Part shown: positions 20,319 through 30,019 of the stretch, piece after piece
Layout of the letters: every line of letters begins with the position of its first letter
Numbering within the stretch: position 1 is the first letter of the stretch
DNA from: Thermodesulfovibrionales bacterium
GTDB taxonomy: Bacteria > Nitrospirota > Thermodesulfovibrionia > Thermodesulfovibrionales > SM23-35
Reading direction: 5' to 3'
Assembly (NCBI GenBank): GCA_963715195.1
Contig: CAVQRT010000007.1
Coordinates: forward strand, 192,001-256,000
Length of the DNA: 64,000 nucleotides
The notes under the pieces: generated by a model
The model's database searches: none
What the model was told of the DNA's origin: nothing
Seen by the model: the letters and a program-made list of their open reading frames with translations, nothing else
Made by a program: the position numbers and the translations under genes

Positions 20319-23114
20319 ATGGAAAAATATCTTGATATCACAAAGAGCGTCATCATCTCTTCGCCGGCTGGTTCAGGGAAAACAGAGAAGCTTGCACGCC
20401 GCTACGTCAGCCTGCTGCTGAACGGTTCCCGAATTGAGGATATCCTTGCGATAACATTCACTGAAAAAGCCGCAGCCGAAATGAAGGAACGGATTCTGAA
20501 CATACTCGAAGCCGAGTATACGGGACTTTTTGTTCTGATCCGTGAGAAGGTGCCGTTCATGCGTATCTCGACAATTCATGCCTTTTGTCTCAAACTGCTG
20601 AAACGATTCTCGATCGAGCTCGGCTTTGATCCCAGCCTTGAGGTTATGGATGAATTCACTGCATCCACCCTGTGGACCTCATCCGTCTATGAAAGCCTCA
20701 TGGAGGAAAGGGACAATCCTGACCTCTTCTTTTCGATGATTGTCGACAGAGGCGTGAAGGGCTGGAACAGTCTCTTCAGGATCATCAATGAACTGCATAG
20801 CAGAAGGCCTCATCCCGAAATGATGATCAAAGAGGGTCATCCTGCCGTGGGCGAAGAGAAAAGAATCCTCACCTTGTATGCACGGTGTCTCAGCCGGTAT
20901 GCCGAAAAGAAACGGGAAAGACACCTTATTGATTTCGATGATATCGAAATGCTGGCTTATGACGCGCTCGTTAAAAACCCCCAGTGGCATAATATCCTCT
21001 ATTCCTTTGATGAGCACACTGACCACATTCTTGTGGACGAATTTCAGGATACAAGCTCACTCCAATGGAAGATTATCGACAAACTCACGGAGGAGTGGCG
21101 GTCCGGAACCGGCGCGAAGAGAGACAGGGGAGAAACACCGACAATCTTTCTTGTCGGCGATGATAAACAGTCGATCTATCTGTTCAGGGGTGCAAATGCC
21201 GGTGTCTTTCAGGAAGCCAGGACAAAACTCTCTGAATGGCTTGCAGATGAATTCTACTTTGAAGCGATGAAGGAGAACTATCGAAGCCTTCCGGAGATCG
21301 TCGATTTTGTCAACCGGCTTTTTACCCGCCTGATGCCTCCGGGACTTATTGAACAATGGCGAACAACCTATTCACCTTTCGAGGCCACACGAAAGGGAAC
21401 CGGTCATGTTGAACTCATCCTGCTTGCAGGAGAAGAGAGCATCAGGAAAAACCGTGAGCATGAGGCCACAGTTCTTGCACGGAGAATATCCTCACTGAAT
21501 ACTATTCACGAAGTCCTTGACGGTGAAATCAAGAGGAAGTGCATCTATGGAGACATGGCAATACTGCTGAGGAAACGTACCCACCTTACGGCATATGAAG
21601 ACGCATTGAGACTCCACGCGATACCATTTATCGTGGTAAAAGGCATCGGGTTTTATGATGAACCGGAGGTGGCATTCCTTCGGGAGCTCCTCTTCTTTCT
21701 CATTGACCCCTATGATGATCACAGTCTGTTCTGCCTTCTGCGTTCTCCCTTGTTCGGCATTGACTACGGAATCTTCATGAGTCTTGCTGATAAAGACAAA
21801 ACCCCGCTTTTGAAAAAGCTCGGCAGGGTCAAAAACAAGCGGATTTCCGGGGCCTACCGCATCATTTCCGGCTGGCTTGAGAGATCTGGAACAGCACCGT
21901 TTGCAGGAATCCTTGAAGACGCTCTGTCTGAAACAGAGGGATGGAAGTTTTTTGGAGAACCCCAAAGGCATGCGAATGTCAAGAAATTCATAGCAGTTAT
22001 CGAAGAGTATGAGTCCCAGGGATTGTCCGGTCTTGAAATCAGGGAGAAACTCATTCAATCGAAGACTCGTGAAGAGTCAAAGGCGAATATGAATACAGAG
22101 GGTATGAATGCAGTCCGGATTATGACAATTCATGCAGCAAAAGGCCTACAGTTTCCCATGGTGTTCCTTCCGGGACTGGATGAGAACACCACACCGAAAA
22201 GCAGTTCCATCGTTGTTGATGAGGATGAAGATGGTATTTATCTGGCATATGAGGACAATTCATTCACGAGGAAAGAGCATCATCATTTCCGGATCAGAAG
22301 AGAGAAAGAACGCGAAGAGGAAAAAAGACTCTTTTACGTTGCGGTTACACGGGCACAGGATTTCCTCTGCATGCTTGCTGCGCCGAAAAAAGGAAAGAGC
22401 CATTCCGGCAGATTGAAATATATCACCGATAACCTCGATTATCTGCCGTTGCTAAGGATATTGAAAGAACCTGACATTGATACCCTTGCCCGGCCATTTC
22501 ACCCTCCAGCAGATACTGCCCCTTCCGGACGGTTCTTCTCAGGGCCGCACTGGACCGATCCCCTTGCATACGAGCCACCCGTGAAGTGGCGCGATGTCAC
22601 GGAAGATCTCGATATCAGGGTGAAGCATGGAGACGACTGGGTATTGCTCGGCAGGATGTTTCACATCCTGTTCGAAGAGCTCTCCAGGGAAATTATTCCA
22701 TATGAAAACATTTCGGGCAGGGCATTATTTCTGCTCAGAAGCGAAATCCCGCATGAAAAACATGTCACGCACCTCCACGACGTTATTGAAAAAGACTTCT
22801 CAAAACTTGCAGGCTCCGGACATCTGAGAGACATTATCCTTCCGCAAAAGAATAGCTTCTCCGAACTGCCTTTTATTTTGGAAAAGGAACGCACGGTCTA
22901 CCGGGGCAGAATCGACAGGATCATTTTGAGGGATTCAAAAGTATATCTCTATGATTACAAGACCTTTCCAGCAGCTGAGAAGGAACTTCCGGAGCTGATG
23001 AATCACTACCGTTTTCAGATGGATATATACCGGTCCGCAGCAGAAAAGTTGTTCGGTATGGCTGCGAAGGGATATCTCCTCTTCACCCATCTTCCGCTGT
23101 TAGTGGAGATATAA
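20319..23114 (+). CDS. addA: AddA-like UvrD helicase-nuclease
   Basis: SPAGSGKT, ITFT.KAA.EM, VDEFQDTS, VGDDKQSIY.FRGA, MTIH.AKGLQF, RLFYVAVTRA, GRIDR..DYKT. Confidence 0.9.
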   Translation: MEKYLDITKSVIISSPAGSGKTEKLARRYVSLLLNGSRIEDILAITFTEKAAAEMKERILNILEAEYTGLFVLIREKVPFMRISTIHAFCLKLLKRFSIELGFDPSLEVMDEFTASTLWTSSVYESLMEERDNPDLFFSMIVDRGVKGWNSLFRIINELHSRRPHPEMMIKEGHPAVGEEKRILTLYARCLSRYAEKKRERHLIDFDDIEMLAYDALVKNPQWHNILYSFDEHTDHILVDEFQDTSSLQWKIIDKLTEEWRSGTGAKRDRGETPTIFLVGDDKQSIYLFRGANAGVFQEARTKLSEWLADEFYFEAMKENYRSLPEIVDFVNRLFTRLMPPGLIEQWRTTYSPFEATRKGTGHVELILLAGEESIRKNREHEATVLARRISSLNTIHEVLDGEIKRKCIYGDMAILLRKRTHLTAYEDALRLHAIPFIVVKGIGFYDEPEVAFLRELLFFLIDPYDDHSLFCLLRSPLFGIDYGIFMSLADKDKTPLLKKLGRVKNKRISGAYRIISGWLERSGTAPFAGILEDALSETEGWKFFGEPQRHANVKKFIAVIEEYESQGLSGLEIREKLIQSKTREESKANMNTEGMNAVRIMTIHAAKGLQFPMVFLPGLDENTTPKSSSIVVDEDEDGIYLAYEDNSFTRKEHHHFRIRREKEREEEKRLFYVAVTRAQDFLCMLAAPKKGKSHSGRLKYITDNLDYLPLLRILKEPDIDTLARPFHPPADTAPSGRFFSGPHWTDPLAYEPPVKWRDVTEDLDIRVKHGDDWVLLGRMFHILFEELSREIIPYENISGRALFLLRSEIPHEKHVTHLHDVIEKDFSKLAGSGHLRDIILPQKNSFSELPFILEKERTVYRGRIDRIILRDSKVYLYDYKTFPAAEKELPELMNHYRFQMDIYRSAAEKLFGMAAKGYLLFTHLPLLVEI

Positions 23115-23430
23115 GATAGCATTAACCCGAAAAGTACAGACATTCTCGCCCCACCGAATCCTCTGAGGCGGCTGAAAAATAATTCAACTCAATGATGTGT
23201 CAGAAATTCTCTCAACACTTTCGCTATCAGTCTATTTACGTTTTCGGAAATGGCAGTACGCAGAAACCTGAAGCCGTATTCTGAATCAGTATAACAGATT
23301 TTCCCCCAAAGTCATGACTGAGCTTACACGGCAGATGAACGGGGAAACATGCAGCAGGCAATCTCTATAAACTGCCTTCTTTTTACGCTTGTTATGAAAT
23401 CAGTCCGGAACCATCGTGCAACAAAAGAGC

Positions 23431-24120
23431 CTAGATGGTATTAACAAAAACCTGAATATTCTCTTTCTTCCTGATCTCTTCTGACACCCTTTCAGCTTCT
23501 GCCCGATTGAGAAATTCACCCAACAAAACGTTATACTGTTTATCTATGCCTTTCACGGAGAGTGTTATATATGCATTATGCCCGTAATCCGCAAGTTTCT
23601 TTCTCAATTCTTTTGCCTGAGCCATTTGCGTAAAGCATCCGGCCTGGACAACAAATTTATCTCTGGGAGGCTTCAGTGCAACTATTACATCGAGATTCTC
23701 CTTTTCCCTAATTTCTTTAGCAAGACGCTGAGCCTGTTTCACGTTCGTAAATCTCCCGATTAATACCCGGAATATTCTTTTCTCCTCATCAAATCCTGAA
23801 ACGGTTATATAACTCCCGTATCCCTTGTCTTCAAGTTTCTCCCGCATTGCCTGAGCATAAGATATATATTTAAATGCCCCGGCCTGCACGACGTATAAGC
23901 CCTCGGAAATCGGTTTGCATTGAGGGGACGGGAATGACGGTCCTTGTTTCGGATCATTGAGCGTTTCTGCAGATCGCCCCTCACGAGATGCAATGTTATA
24001 TGAGGCACATGATATGCAGAGGAGTATCGGAAAGATCAAAGCTCCCCGCGACAATTTTTTAAGAATCGGTGGAACATTCCGCGCCCAGAGGCATAGGAAC
24101 CCAACCTTCTTAGTATGCAT
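23431..24120 (-). CDS. Lipoprotein with two SPOR (peptidoglycan-binding) domains
   Basis: Lipobox-like LLCISC; two copies of YVVQAGAF / FVVQAGCF ... RVLIG.F; start uncertain. Confidence 0.8.
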   Translation of the reverse strand: MHTKKVGFLCLWARNVPPILKKLSRGALIFPILLCISCASYNIASREGRSAETLNDPKQGPSFPSPQCKPISEGLYVVQAGAFKYISYAQAMREKLEDKGYGSYITVSGFDEEKRIFRVLIGRFTNVKQAQRLAKEIREKENLDVIVALKPPRDKFVVQAGCFTQMAQAKELRKKLADYGHNAYITLSVKGIDKQYNVLLGEFLNRAEAERVSEEIRKKENIQVFVNTI

Positions 24121-24222
24121 TACGTGCCTCCGTTTTTCGTTCTGAAGGATACCGGCTCAATGCGATTATCATGTATACCATTGATGGCATTTTTTGAACA
24201 TCATATCGCCCTGTGAAAAAAG

Positions 24223-24462
24223 CTACACTTTGTAGCGCTTGTACAGTTCGATTCTTGTCGGGCAGGAGCACTGGTAATATGAATGCTTTCTGCCCAATTT
24301 TTTGTAAGGGCATTGAGCGTATTGCGCCTTTTTCAGAAAAAGACCGTCTCCCTCAATATAGATGCTGACTTCGCAAAGATTCCTCTTTCCCTCCAGACAT
24401 TGAAACCCATACATGCACCTGGTAGTCTTTTGAAGGATAACATCGTTTATCCGGAAAGCCAT
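24223..24462 (-). CDS. Small Cys-rich hypothetical protein
   Basis: 79 aa with six Cys, ending CSCPTRIELYKRY; fills the intergenic gap. Confidence 0.65.
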   Translation of the reverse strand: MAFRINDVILQKTTRCMYGFQCLEGKRNLCEVSIYIEGDGLFLKKAQYAQCPYKKLGRKHSYYQCSCPTRIELYKRYKV

Positions 24463-24566
24463 GGTTGTTTTTTCCGATGATTGTTGATTGCAGAAATATT
24501 TAATATCAAACGAAATCAATAAGTCAATGACATTTCCGTGGGAGGCGCTCTACGGTCATCCGGTAA

Positions 24567-24761
24567 TCAGTTGACGACAGCGGGACGATCCTGCTGTTCT
24601 GAACTTCCCTTCAGATTCGTATCTCCTTTGCCGGTCAGCAGGGGATAATCGTGAATTAACTGCAGCACAAGCCCGTATCTTTCCCTAACGGATAAGGTGA
24701 GATACAATGGCGAATTCATCAATATGGAGATAATCTCTTTTACATCCTCTTGTCTCATCAT
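24567..24761 (-). CDS. Small hypothetical protein (ILMNSPLYLTLSVRER motif)
   Basis: AGAGG SD, upstream sigma54 promoter, amphipathic helix; start could be 24773. Confidence 0.6.
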   Translation of the reverse strand: MMRQEDVKEIISILMNSPLYLTLSVRERYGLVLQLIHDYPLLTGKGDTNLKGSSEQQDRPAVVN

Positions 24762-24800
24762 ATACCTCTGCATTCGTTGTACTGATTACACCAAGGTATA

Positions 24801-24816
24801 TGCATACAATATGCCA
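24801..24816 (-). promoter_or_regulatory. Sigma54 (-24/-12) promoter
   Basis: Minus strand TGGCATATTGTATGCA = GG-N10-GC; AT-rich tract and TGTCA motifs further upstream. Confidence 0.7.
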
Positions 24817-24964
24817 TTTTATAGATTTCATATCTAATTGTTTTTTCTGATAAAAATATGGATTAATTTATGTTCTCAATTAAGATTGTCAATTTGTGTC
24901 AGACTGGCAACCTCTTAAATACACCTAAACACCAGCCCGATGTCAACTGGGGCTGTGCACAGAA

Positions 24965-25861
24965 TTATCGCTTGATTTCTTTTTGCTTCCGCAGCCACCA
25001 GGCGTAATACCGCTCCCCCGCAGCCACACTCAAAACCGCCAGGCCCAGTCCAGCAATCACATCGACTACATAATGATACCGACAGTAGACTGTTGAAAAG
25101 ATAAGGGCAGCAACGATCGGGAGACAGACCCAGAAGAATCTTTTTTCAAAAAGATAGGCACAATAGAGCACAACAACCGTGACTGCTGTGTGTCCGCTCG
25201 GAAATGCGTCTCGCTTAATGCCTTCAAGCCTGTTCAGGACCTGCTGTACCGGCTCGGCAATCAGAAATCCGTGGAGCTCTTTTGTCTGCAGATGATCGAT
25301 CGTAAACCTCGGCCCGATCGCAGGGAACAGAATGTAGCCTAGATATGAGAGATAAAAACAGAATACGATCAGAAAAAGCGACCGTTCGAATGCGTCTTTT
25401 TTCCCCTTCGAGAGGAGGACAACTCCATAACCGACCGGAATAAAATAATATGATGTATAGGCTACCTGGAGCAGATCTGTCAGAACTGGATGGATAATCC
25501 TTTCGAGCAGTATGGTAGGATGATTGCCGAATATCAGATAATCAACCCTGATGAGCAGGGGATCGATATCACGGGGATTAATGGAGTGAACAACCCATTC
25601 AAGACTGTCAAATATCAATGCTATACAGATTACCGGAAAAATAAGATCATGGGAAATGCCGAGAAATTTCCCGTTGTTTTTGTACCTGGCAAGCAGCAGC
25701 TGAACTGCAACAAGTACCGAATAGAGGCCGATCAAAAAAGGCTGCTTCGGCAGGGAGTCGTAAAAGATACCGGTCAAGATCAGCAGGAAAAGAAGGAAAA
25801 GGATTGTGACGGTATCAGCAGGCCGCTGACGGGAGACTGCATTCGAGAGCCCCACCTTCAA
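24965..25861 (-). CDS. PAP2/Aur1-like (IPC synthase-like) membrane phosphoesterase
   Basis: PAIGPR, AFPSGH and RYHYVVD motifs; multiple TM helices. Confidence 0.88.
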   Translation of the reverse strand: MKVGLSNAVSRQRPADTVTILFLLFLLILTGIFYDSLPKQPFLIGLYSVLVAVQLLLARYKNNGKFLGISHDLIFPVICIALIFDSLEWVVHSINPRDIDPLLIRVDYLIFGNHPTILLERIIHPVLTDLLQVAYTSYYFIPVGYGVVLLSKGKKDAFERSLFLIVFCFYLSYLGYILFPAIGPRFTIDHLQTKELHGFLIAEPVQQVLNRLEGIKRDAFPSGHTAVTVVVLYCAYLFEKRFFWVCLPIVAALIFSTVYCRYHYVVDVIAGLGLAVLSVAAGERYYAWWLRKQKEIKR

Positions 25862-26370
25862 AGCTTGCGTAATGCCCTCGCAAGAGCTTTTTCTCTTTTG
25901 GAAAGCTGCCGCGGGTTTCCCTTCCTGCGAGGAGTGGCATCTTCATCATCGTCCGCTTCACCGCCATCGAATGACGGCTCTTTCCGTATGAGCGCACGGA
26001 GAAAATCTTCAGCCGGAGCAGGGATGGATCCCGAAGCCCATGCATGGTTTGCGATGTCCCTGTCCGATGAAACAACAATCCATTGACGGTTATCCGATGA
26101 TATAATGCGCTTGATGACAGTATCCGCTTTTTCGCCGACCCTGGAATAGATCACCTGCACTCCGCCGATGACCGACCGGGCCTCCTGCCCCTCCCCTGTC
26201 TTCCAGCCGTCAAAAACGACTGTTATATCGTGCCCTTTTCTTTTCCGGTAATCGATGAGGGATTCAATGAGCATCTCGCGTTGCCTTCTGAGATCACGGT
26301 GATAAATGCCTATTACATTGTACCCGTCGATGATGATTGATGAAATGAAACACCTCCACAGATGACGCAC
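25858..26370 (-). CDS. NYN-domain ribonuclease (YacP/Rae1-like)
   Basis: IIDGYN, VVFDG, ADTVI and VVSSD motifs. Confidence 0.88.
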   Translation of the reverse strand: MRHLWRCFISSIIIDGYNVIGIYHRDLRRQREMLIESLIDYRKRKGHDITVVFDGWKTGEGQEARSVIGGVQVIYSRVGEKADTVIKRIISSDNRQWIVVSSDRDIANHAWASGSIPAPAEDFLRALIRKEPSFDGGEADDDEDATPRRKGNPRQLSKREKALARALRKL

Positions 26371-26386
26371 ATGTTATGCAATGATT

Positions 26387-27673
26387 TTACTCTATTTGTT
26401 TTCCCACGTCACGTTTCAGTTTTCGTATTTGCCCGATGCGCTGGATCATCGGGGGATGAGAGTAATAAAATGCAGCGTAGAGAGGATGCGGATGCAGGTT
26501 TGAGAGATTATCCTTCGAAAGCTTGATAAGTGCGCTTATCATGGAATCATTGTTCCCGGTCAGGAAAAAGGCAAACCGGTCTGCCTCCTTTTCGAACCGC
26601 CTCGAAATGAAGCTCCTGAGAGGGGTAAACGGGAATGAGATGATCCCTCCCAGGAATCCGAGAACGACAATTTTTGCGTAGAACGTTTCGTGCTGAATCA
26701 AGAAAAGATCCGTCAGAACATCCGTCCGGAATGTTAAGAATACTGCGTACAGGACGAAGAATGAAAGGACTTCCGTCGCTATGATCATTTTGAGAATATG
26801 CTTTTTCTTCCAGTGGCCAGCTTCGTGAGCGAGCACCGCAAGCATCTCGTCCTGATTCATGGTCTCAAGGAGCGTATCGTAAAGAATGATCCGTTTCACC
26901 CTCCCGATGCCGGAAAAATATGCATTGGTATGACGGCTCCTCCGTGAAGCATCCATTCTGAAGACCCTGCTTACGGTAATGCCGATCTTCTGGAGTATGC
27001 TGCGAATCTGTCCCACCAGCTCCTGATCTTCAATCGGTGTGAATTTATTAAAAAGGGGTTCAATGACATAGGGTGAAATGTACATCATAAAGAGACTGAA
27101 GACGAGAAAAAAACCCCAGACCCAGATCCACCATGAATCCGGATTTGACTGAACAATCCACAATCCCGCAGAAACCAGAATACCGGTAATGATTGTCGAG
27201 AGCATGATCGATTTAATAAAGTCTTTGAGCCATAATTTCGGTGTCATGGTATTGAATCCGTATGCATTCTCAATCCTGAACGTATGGTAAAGAGTGAACG
27301 GTACAGCAAGAAGCGTATTCACATAGCTAAGGATAAGGAAAAATAACAGTCCGGATACGATAAACGGCATGTGCAATGATGTAACCCACGAGTTATAGAG
27401 ATTCAGGATTCCCCCGAAGATAAACACGATGGTAACAAGCGTGCCGAACAACGATGAGATGAAACTAAATCGTGTCTTGTCTGTTTCGTAATCGAGAATC
27501 TTCTTGAGAAGTTCGGCGTTGACCTTTCCCTCAAGGATAGGGGGCACCGTCAGACCAAACTTCTTCATGTACCGGAAATTCAGATACCGGAGCAGGTATT
27601 CAAAACCTTCTTTCATCAAATATGCGATGAAGACGAGTATGAGCAATGATTTAAATTCAGCCGGAAAATGCAT
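26387..27673 (-). CDS. M48 (Ste24-like) membrane zinc metalloprotease
   Basis: NAYFSG, HEAGH and E.EADRFA motifs; many TM helices. Confidence 0.93.
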   Translation of the reverse strand: MHFPAEFKSLLILVFIAYLMKEGFEYLLRYLNFRYMKKFGLTVPPILEGKVNAELLKKILDYETDKTRFSFISSLFGTLVTIVFIFGGILNLYNSWVTSLHMPFIVSGLLFFLILSYVNTLLAVPFTLYHTFRIENAYGFNTMTPKLWLKDFIKSIMLSTIITGILVSAGLWIVQSNPDSWWIWVWGFFLVFSLFMMYISPYVIEPLFNKFTPIEDQELVGQIRSILQKIGITVSRVFRMDASRRSRHTNAYFSGIGRVKRIILYDTLLETMNQDEMLAVLAHEAGHWKKKHILKMIIATEVLSFFVLYAVFLTFRTDVLTDLFLIQHETFYAKIVVLGFLGGIISFPFTPLRSFISRRFEKEADRFAFFLTGNNDSMISALIKLSKDNLSNLHPHPLYAAFYYSHPPMIQRIGQIRKLKRDVGKQIE

Positions 27674-27692
27674 TCTTCGGGTTCATGTCTCC

Positions 27693-28508
27693 TTACCAGA
27701 CCTGCGCCATGCGGGAGATGCCCGCTCTGTCAACCAAGCGGATAGCTTCGTGCTCGCAGACTGACCTGCATATGCCACACCCGTAACATTTTTCAGGCTG
27801 AATGGAGCATTTCATATTCTGCCGGTCATAGGTGATTGCACCGAAATAACATCGCTTCAGGCACTCCCTGCAGCCATCACACGATGAATAATCAATCTCA
27901 GCAAGGTATTCACCTTTCCACATCAGTTTTCCAAGCTGCATTTTTATCTGAAACCGATATGCCATGCAATCTCTGTCGCAGTTGCAGAGCGCGGCAATGA
28001 ACGGTGTATTGAATGTCCAGAGACTGTGAGTCTGGCCTTCAGTATCAAGCTGCCGTATGAACGATTTTGCCTCCTCCGCACTCAATCTGTCGAAATCCCG
28101 AAAATCGGGGAGATCACGGAATATCGGCGTCAGGTCCATGCCGATACCGAAGCAGTACCTCTTATTTTCCCCTGTTGTCGCCTTCCGGCAAATGCAGGGT
28201 AGTCTCACCAGTGAAGAAAATTTATTCAGGAGAGACTCAATGTCTTCAACCGGTACGATCTGTCCGAAATGTGTTTTCTTCAGACGTCTCGTTACCCATG
28301 GATAAACGAGGAGGCGGTAAATACGGGGAATACGCTTTTTCCATGCATATGCGTGCTGGACTTCAACAGTCAGGGAGTGGTAAAAATTGGCAAGATACTC
28401 CCTCATATGCTCTTCCGAGTTGACCTGATGAAAAACCTCCCCGGAATAGTTTTTCATGTTTTCATACCATTTTTTCCCCTCGCCGTGCTGAATGCAAAAT
28501 TCACACAT
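27693..28508 (-). CDS. 4Fe-4S dicluster protein with extra Cys-rich N-terminal domain
   Basis: MCEFC..HG, CICR, CNC..DC, CDGCREC..RC, CYGCGIC...C. Confidence 0.85.
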   Translation of the reverse strand: MCEFCIQHGEGKKWYENMKNYSGEVFHQVNSEEHMREYLANFYHSLTVEVQHAYAWKKRIPRIYRLLVYPWVTRRLKKTHFGQIVPVEDIESLLNKFSSLVRLPCICRKATTGENKRYCFGIGMDLTPIFRDLPDFRDFDRLSAEEAKSFIRQLDTEGQTHSLWTFNTPFIAALCNCDRDCMAYRFQIKMQLGKLMWKGEYLAEIDYSSCDGCRECLKRCYFGAITYDRQNMKCSIQPEKCYGCGICRSVCEHEAIRLVDRAGISRMAQVW

Positions 28509-28612
28509 GGGCTCCCCGGTGCTTATGCAATTAGTATATTTATTTTATATGGAACACTCCAAAAGAGCGAGGGAATTGATACCCGTATGGAGTGGCGGAT
28601 GACGAATACTGT

Positions 28613-30019
28613 TCAGATCAGGTATTCTGCGAGGTTAATCTTGTATTTGTTCGGATCAAGCGTCCTGACGACAGACCGGTAATAGTGCCCGCTTTCATCT
28701 TTTTCGGTCAGGCTGACGACCGGTCCTTTCGTTAGCCGCTCACCCTTATGATCAACAATGATCATAATCCGGGGCCTGTCAGGAAAGACGAGATCACTTT
28801 CATAGACGAGACCCAGCTCCCTTGTATCAAGCATCACGAGGGCTCCGATCGGGAAGATTCCTACCATATTCGTAAAAAATTTGAATAAGAGCGGATCAAG
28901 TTGTTTGCCCGCCCTCTCCATCATTATGCTCAGGGCTTTGTCAGGGGCAAGGGGGATCCTTGAATAGACCCGGGCAGACGTCATCGCGTCATACTGATCG
29001 ACGACGCTCACAATTCTCGAATACAGGTCGAGCTCGGAGTAGCGCCTGACCCTGGGATAACCGGTCAGATCAAAACTCATATGATGTTCAAAGGCGACGA
29101 TTGACGACCGAATGGCAGTTTGGTCAAACCCCTTCAGTTTCAACAGAGCTCTCACGCCCCACACCGGATGCCTCTTCATAAGTTTCCATTCATCTTCGGT
29201 AAAACTGGATGCTTTATTGAGGATCTCGCTCGGGATATCGATCTTTCCAATGTCATGGAACAGGGCAACCAGCCCCAATTCCGTCAGCATTTTTTTGTTC
29301 AACCCGAGTCTTTGTCCAAGTGCAACAGACAGTATACTCACATTGACTGAGTGATGGTAGGTATACTCGTCGTAATCCTTTATCGCGGTCATCCCGATCA
29401 GAAGGTTCTCCTCCTCGAGCAGATGGTCGACCATCTGCTCCACGATGCGTTTCGCTTTCCTGATGCTGACCTTCTCCCCCGCCTTGATCTTCTTCATGAC
29501 ACCCCTGGAAAAAGAGACGGCATTATAGTAAACTTTCTTTATGATCTTGCGGGTATCTTCCTGTTCTCCATCCTTGATTTTTTTCAACATATCGACGCGA
29601 ATCTTCTCCACGTCTGACATCATTTCGTAAATTGTTTCATAGGGGGAAGTGGAGAAGCCCGATGCAATAAAGGCCTTCAGAAAAACCTGGACATCCTGTA
29701 GTTTGATACCATCTAAAATAACAATTCCGCCGATCTCCCGTTTTTTGAATTCTCTCACGAGGTAGTCGAAGTTCAGAAGATGTTCAAGAGAATAGCGGAC
29801 CCGCACATCGTCGCAATAAAAATACTCCCCGATAAGCTCAAGGGTTATAGTCTTGCCCCCTGTTGTCAGATGGCTAATCAGGGCGATGAATTTCTCGATT
29901 GCCGTGGTCACGGCAATATTCCGGGGATTATGAATCTGTGCGTTCCTCAGAATGACAGACAGTTGGTTGATGATATCCTGTGCGCTCCTGAAGGTTTCTT
30001 TTTCTTCCCTATCGATCAT
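28613..30019 (-). CDS. HD-GYP domain phosphodiesterase
   Basis: YTYHHS, HDIGK, HH...D..GYP and D.YDAMTS.R.Y motifs. Confidence 0.92.
   Translation of the reverse strand: MIDREEKETFRSAQDIINQLSVILRNAQIHNPRNIAVTTAIEKFIALISHLTTGGKTITLELIGEYFYCDDVRVRYSLEHLLNFDYLVREFKKREIGGIVILDGIKLQDVQVFLKAFIASGFSTSPYETIYEMMSDVEKIRVDMLKKIKDGEQEDTRKIIKKVYYNAVSFSRGVMKKIKAGEKVSIRKAKRIVEQMVDHLLEEENLLIGMTAIKDYDEYTYHHSVNVSILSVALGQRLGLNKKMLTELGLVALFHDIGKIDIPSEILNKASSFTEDEWKLMKRHPVWGVRALLKLKGFDQTAIRSSIVAFEHHMSFDLTGYPRVRRYSELDLYSRIVSVVDQYDAMTSARVYSRIPLAPDKALSIMMERAGKQLDPLLFKFFTNMVGIFPIGALVMLDTRELGLVYESDLVFPDRPRIMIIVDHKGERLTKGPVVSLTEKDESGHYYRSVVRTLDPNKYKINLAEYLI

Noticed and set aside
17503..23114. Helicase-nuclease pair as a defence or Cas4-like system
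   Set aside because: Architecture matches ordinary AddAB recombination genes; no CRISPR array or cas genes seen
23115..23430. Riboswitch or sRNA in the 316-bp gap after addA
   Set aside because: Lies between convergent genes; no c-di-GMP riboswitch consensus or strong stems found
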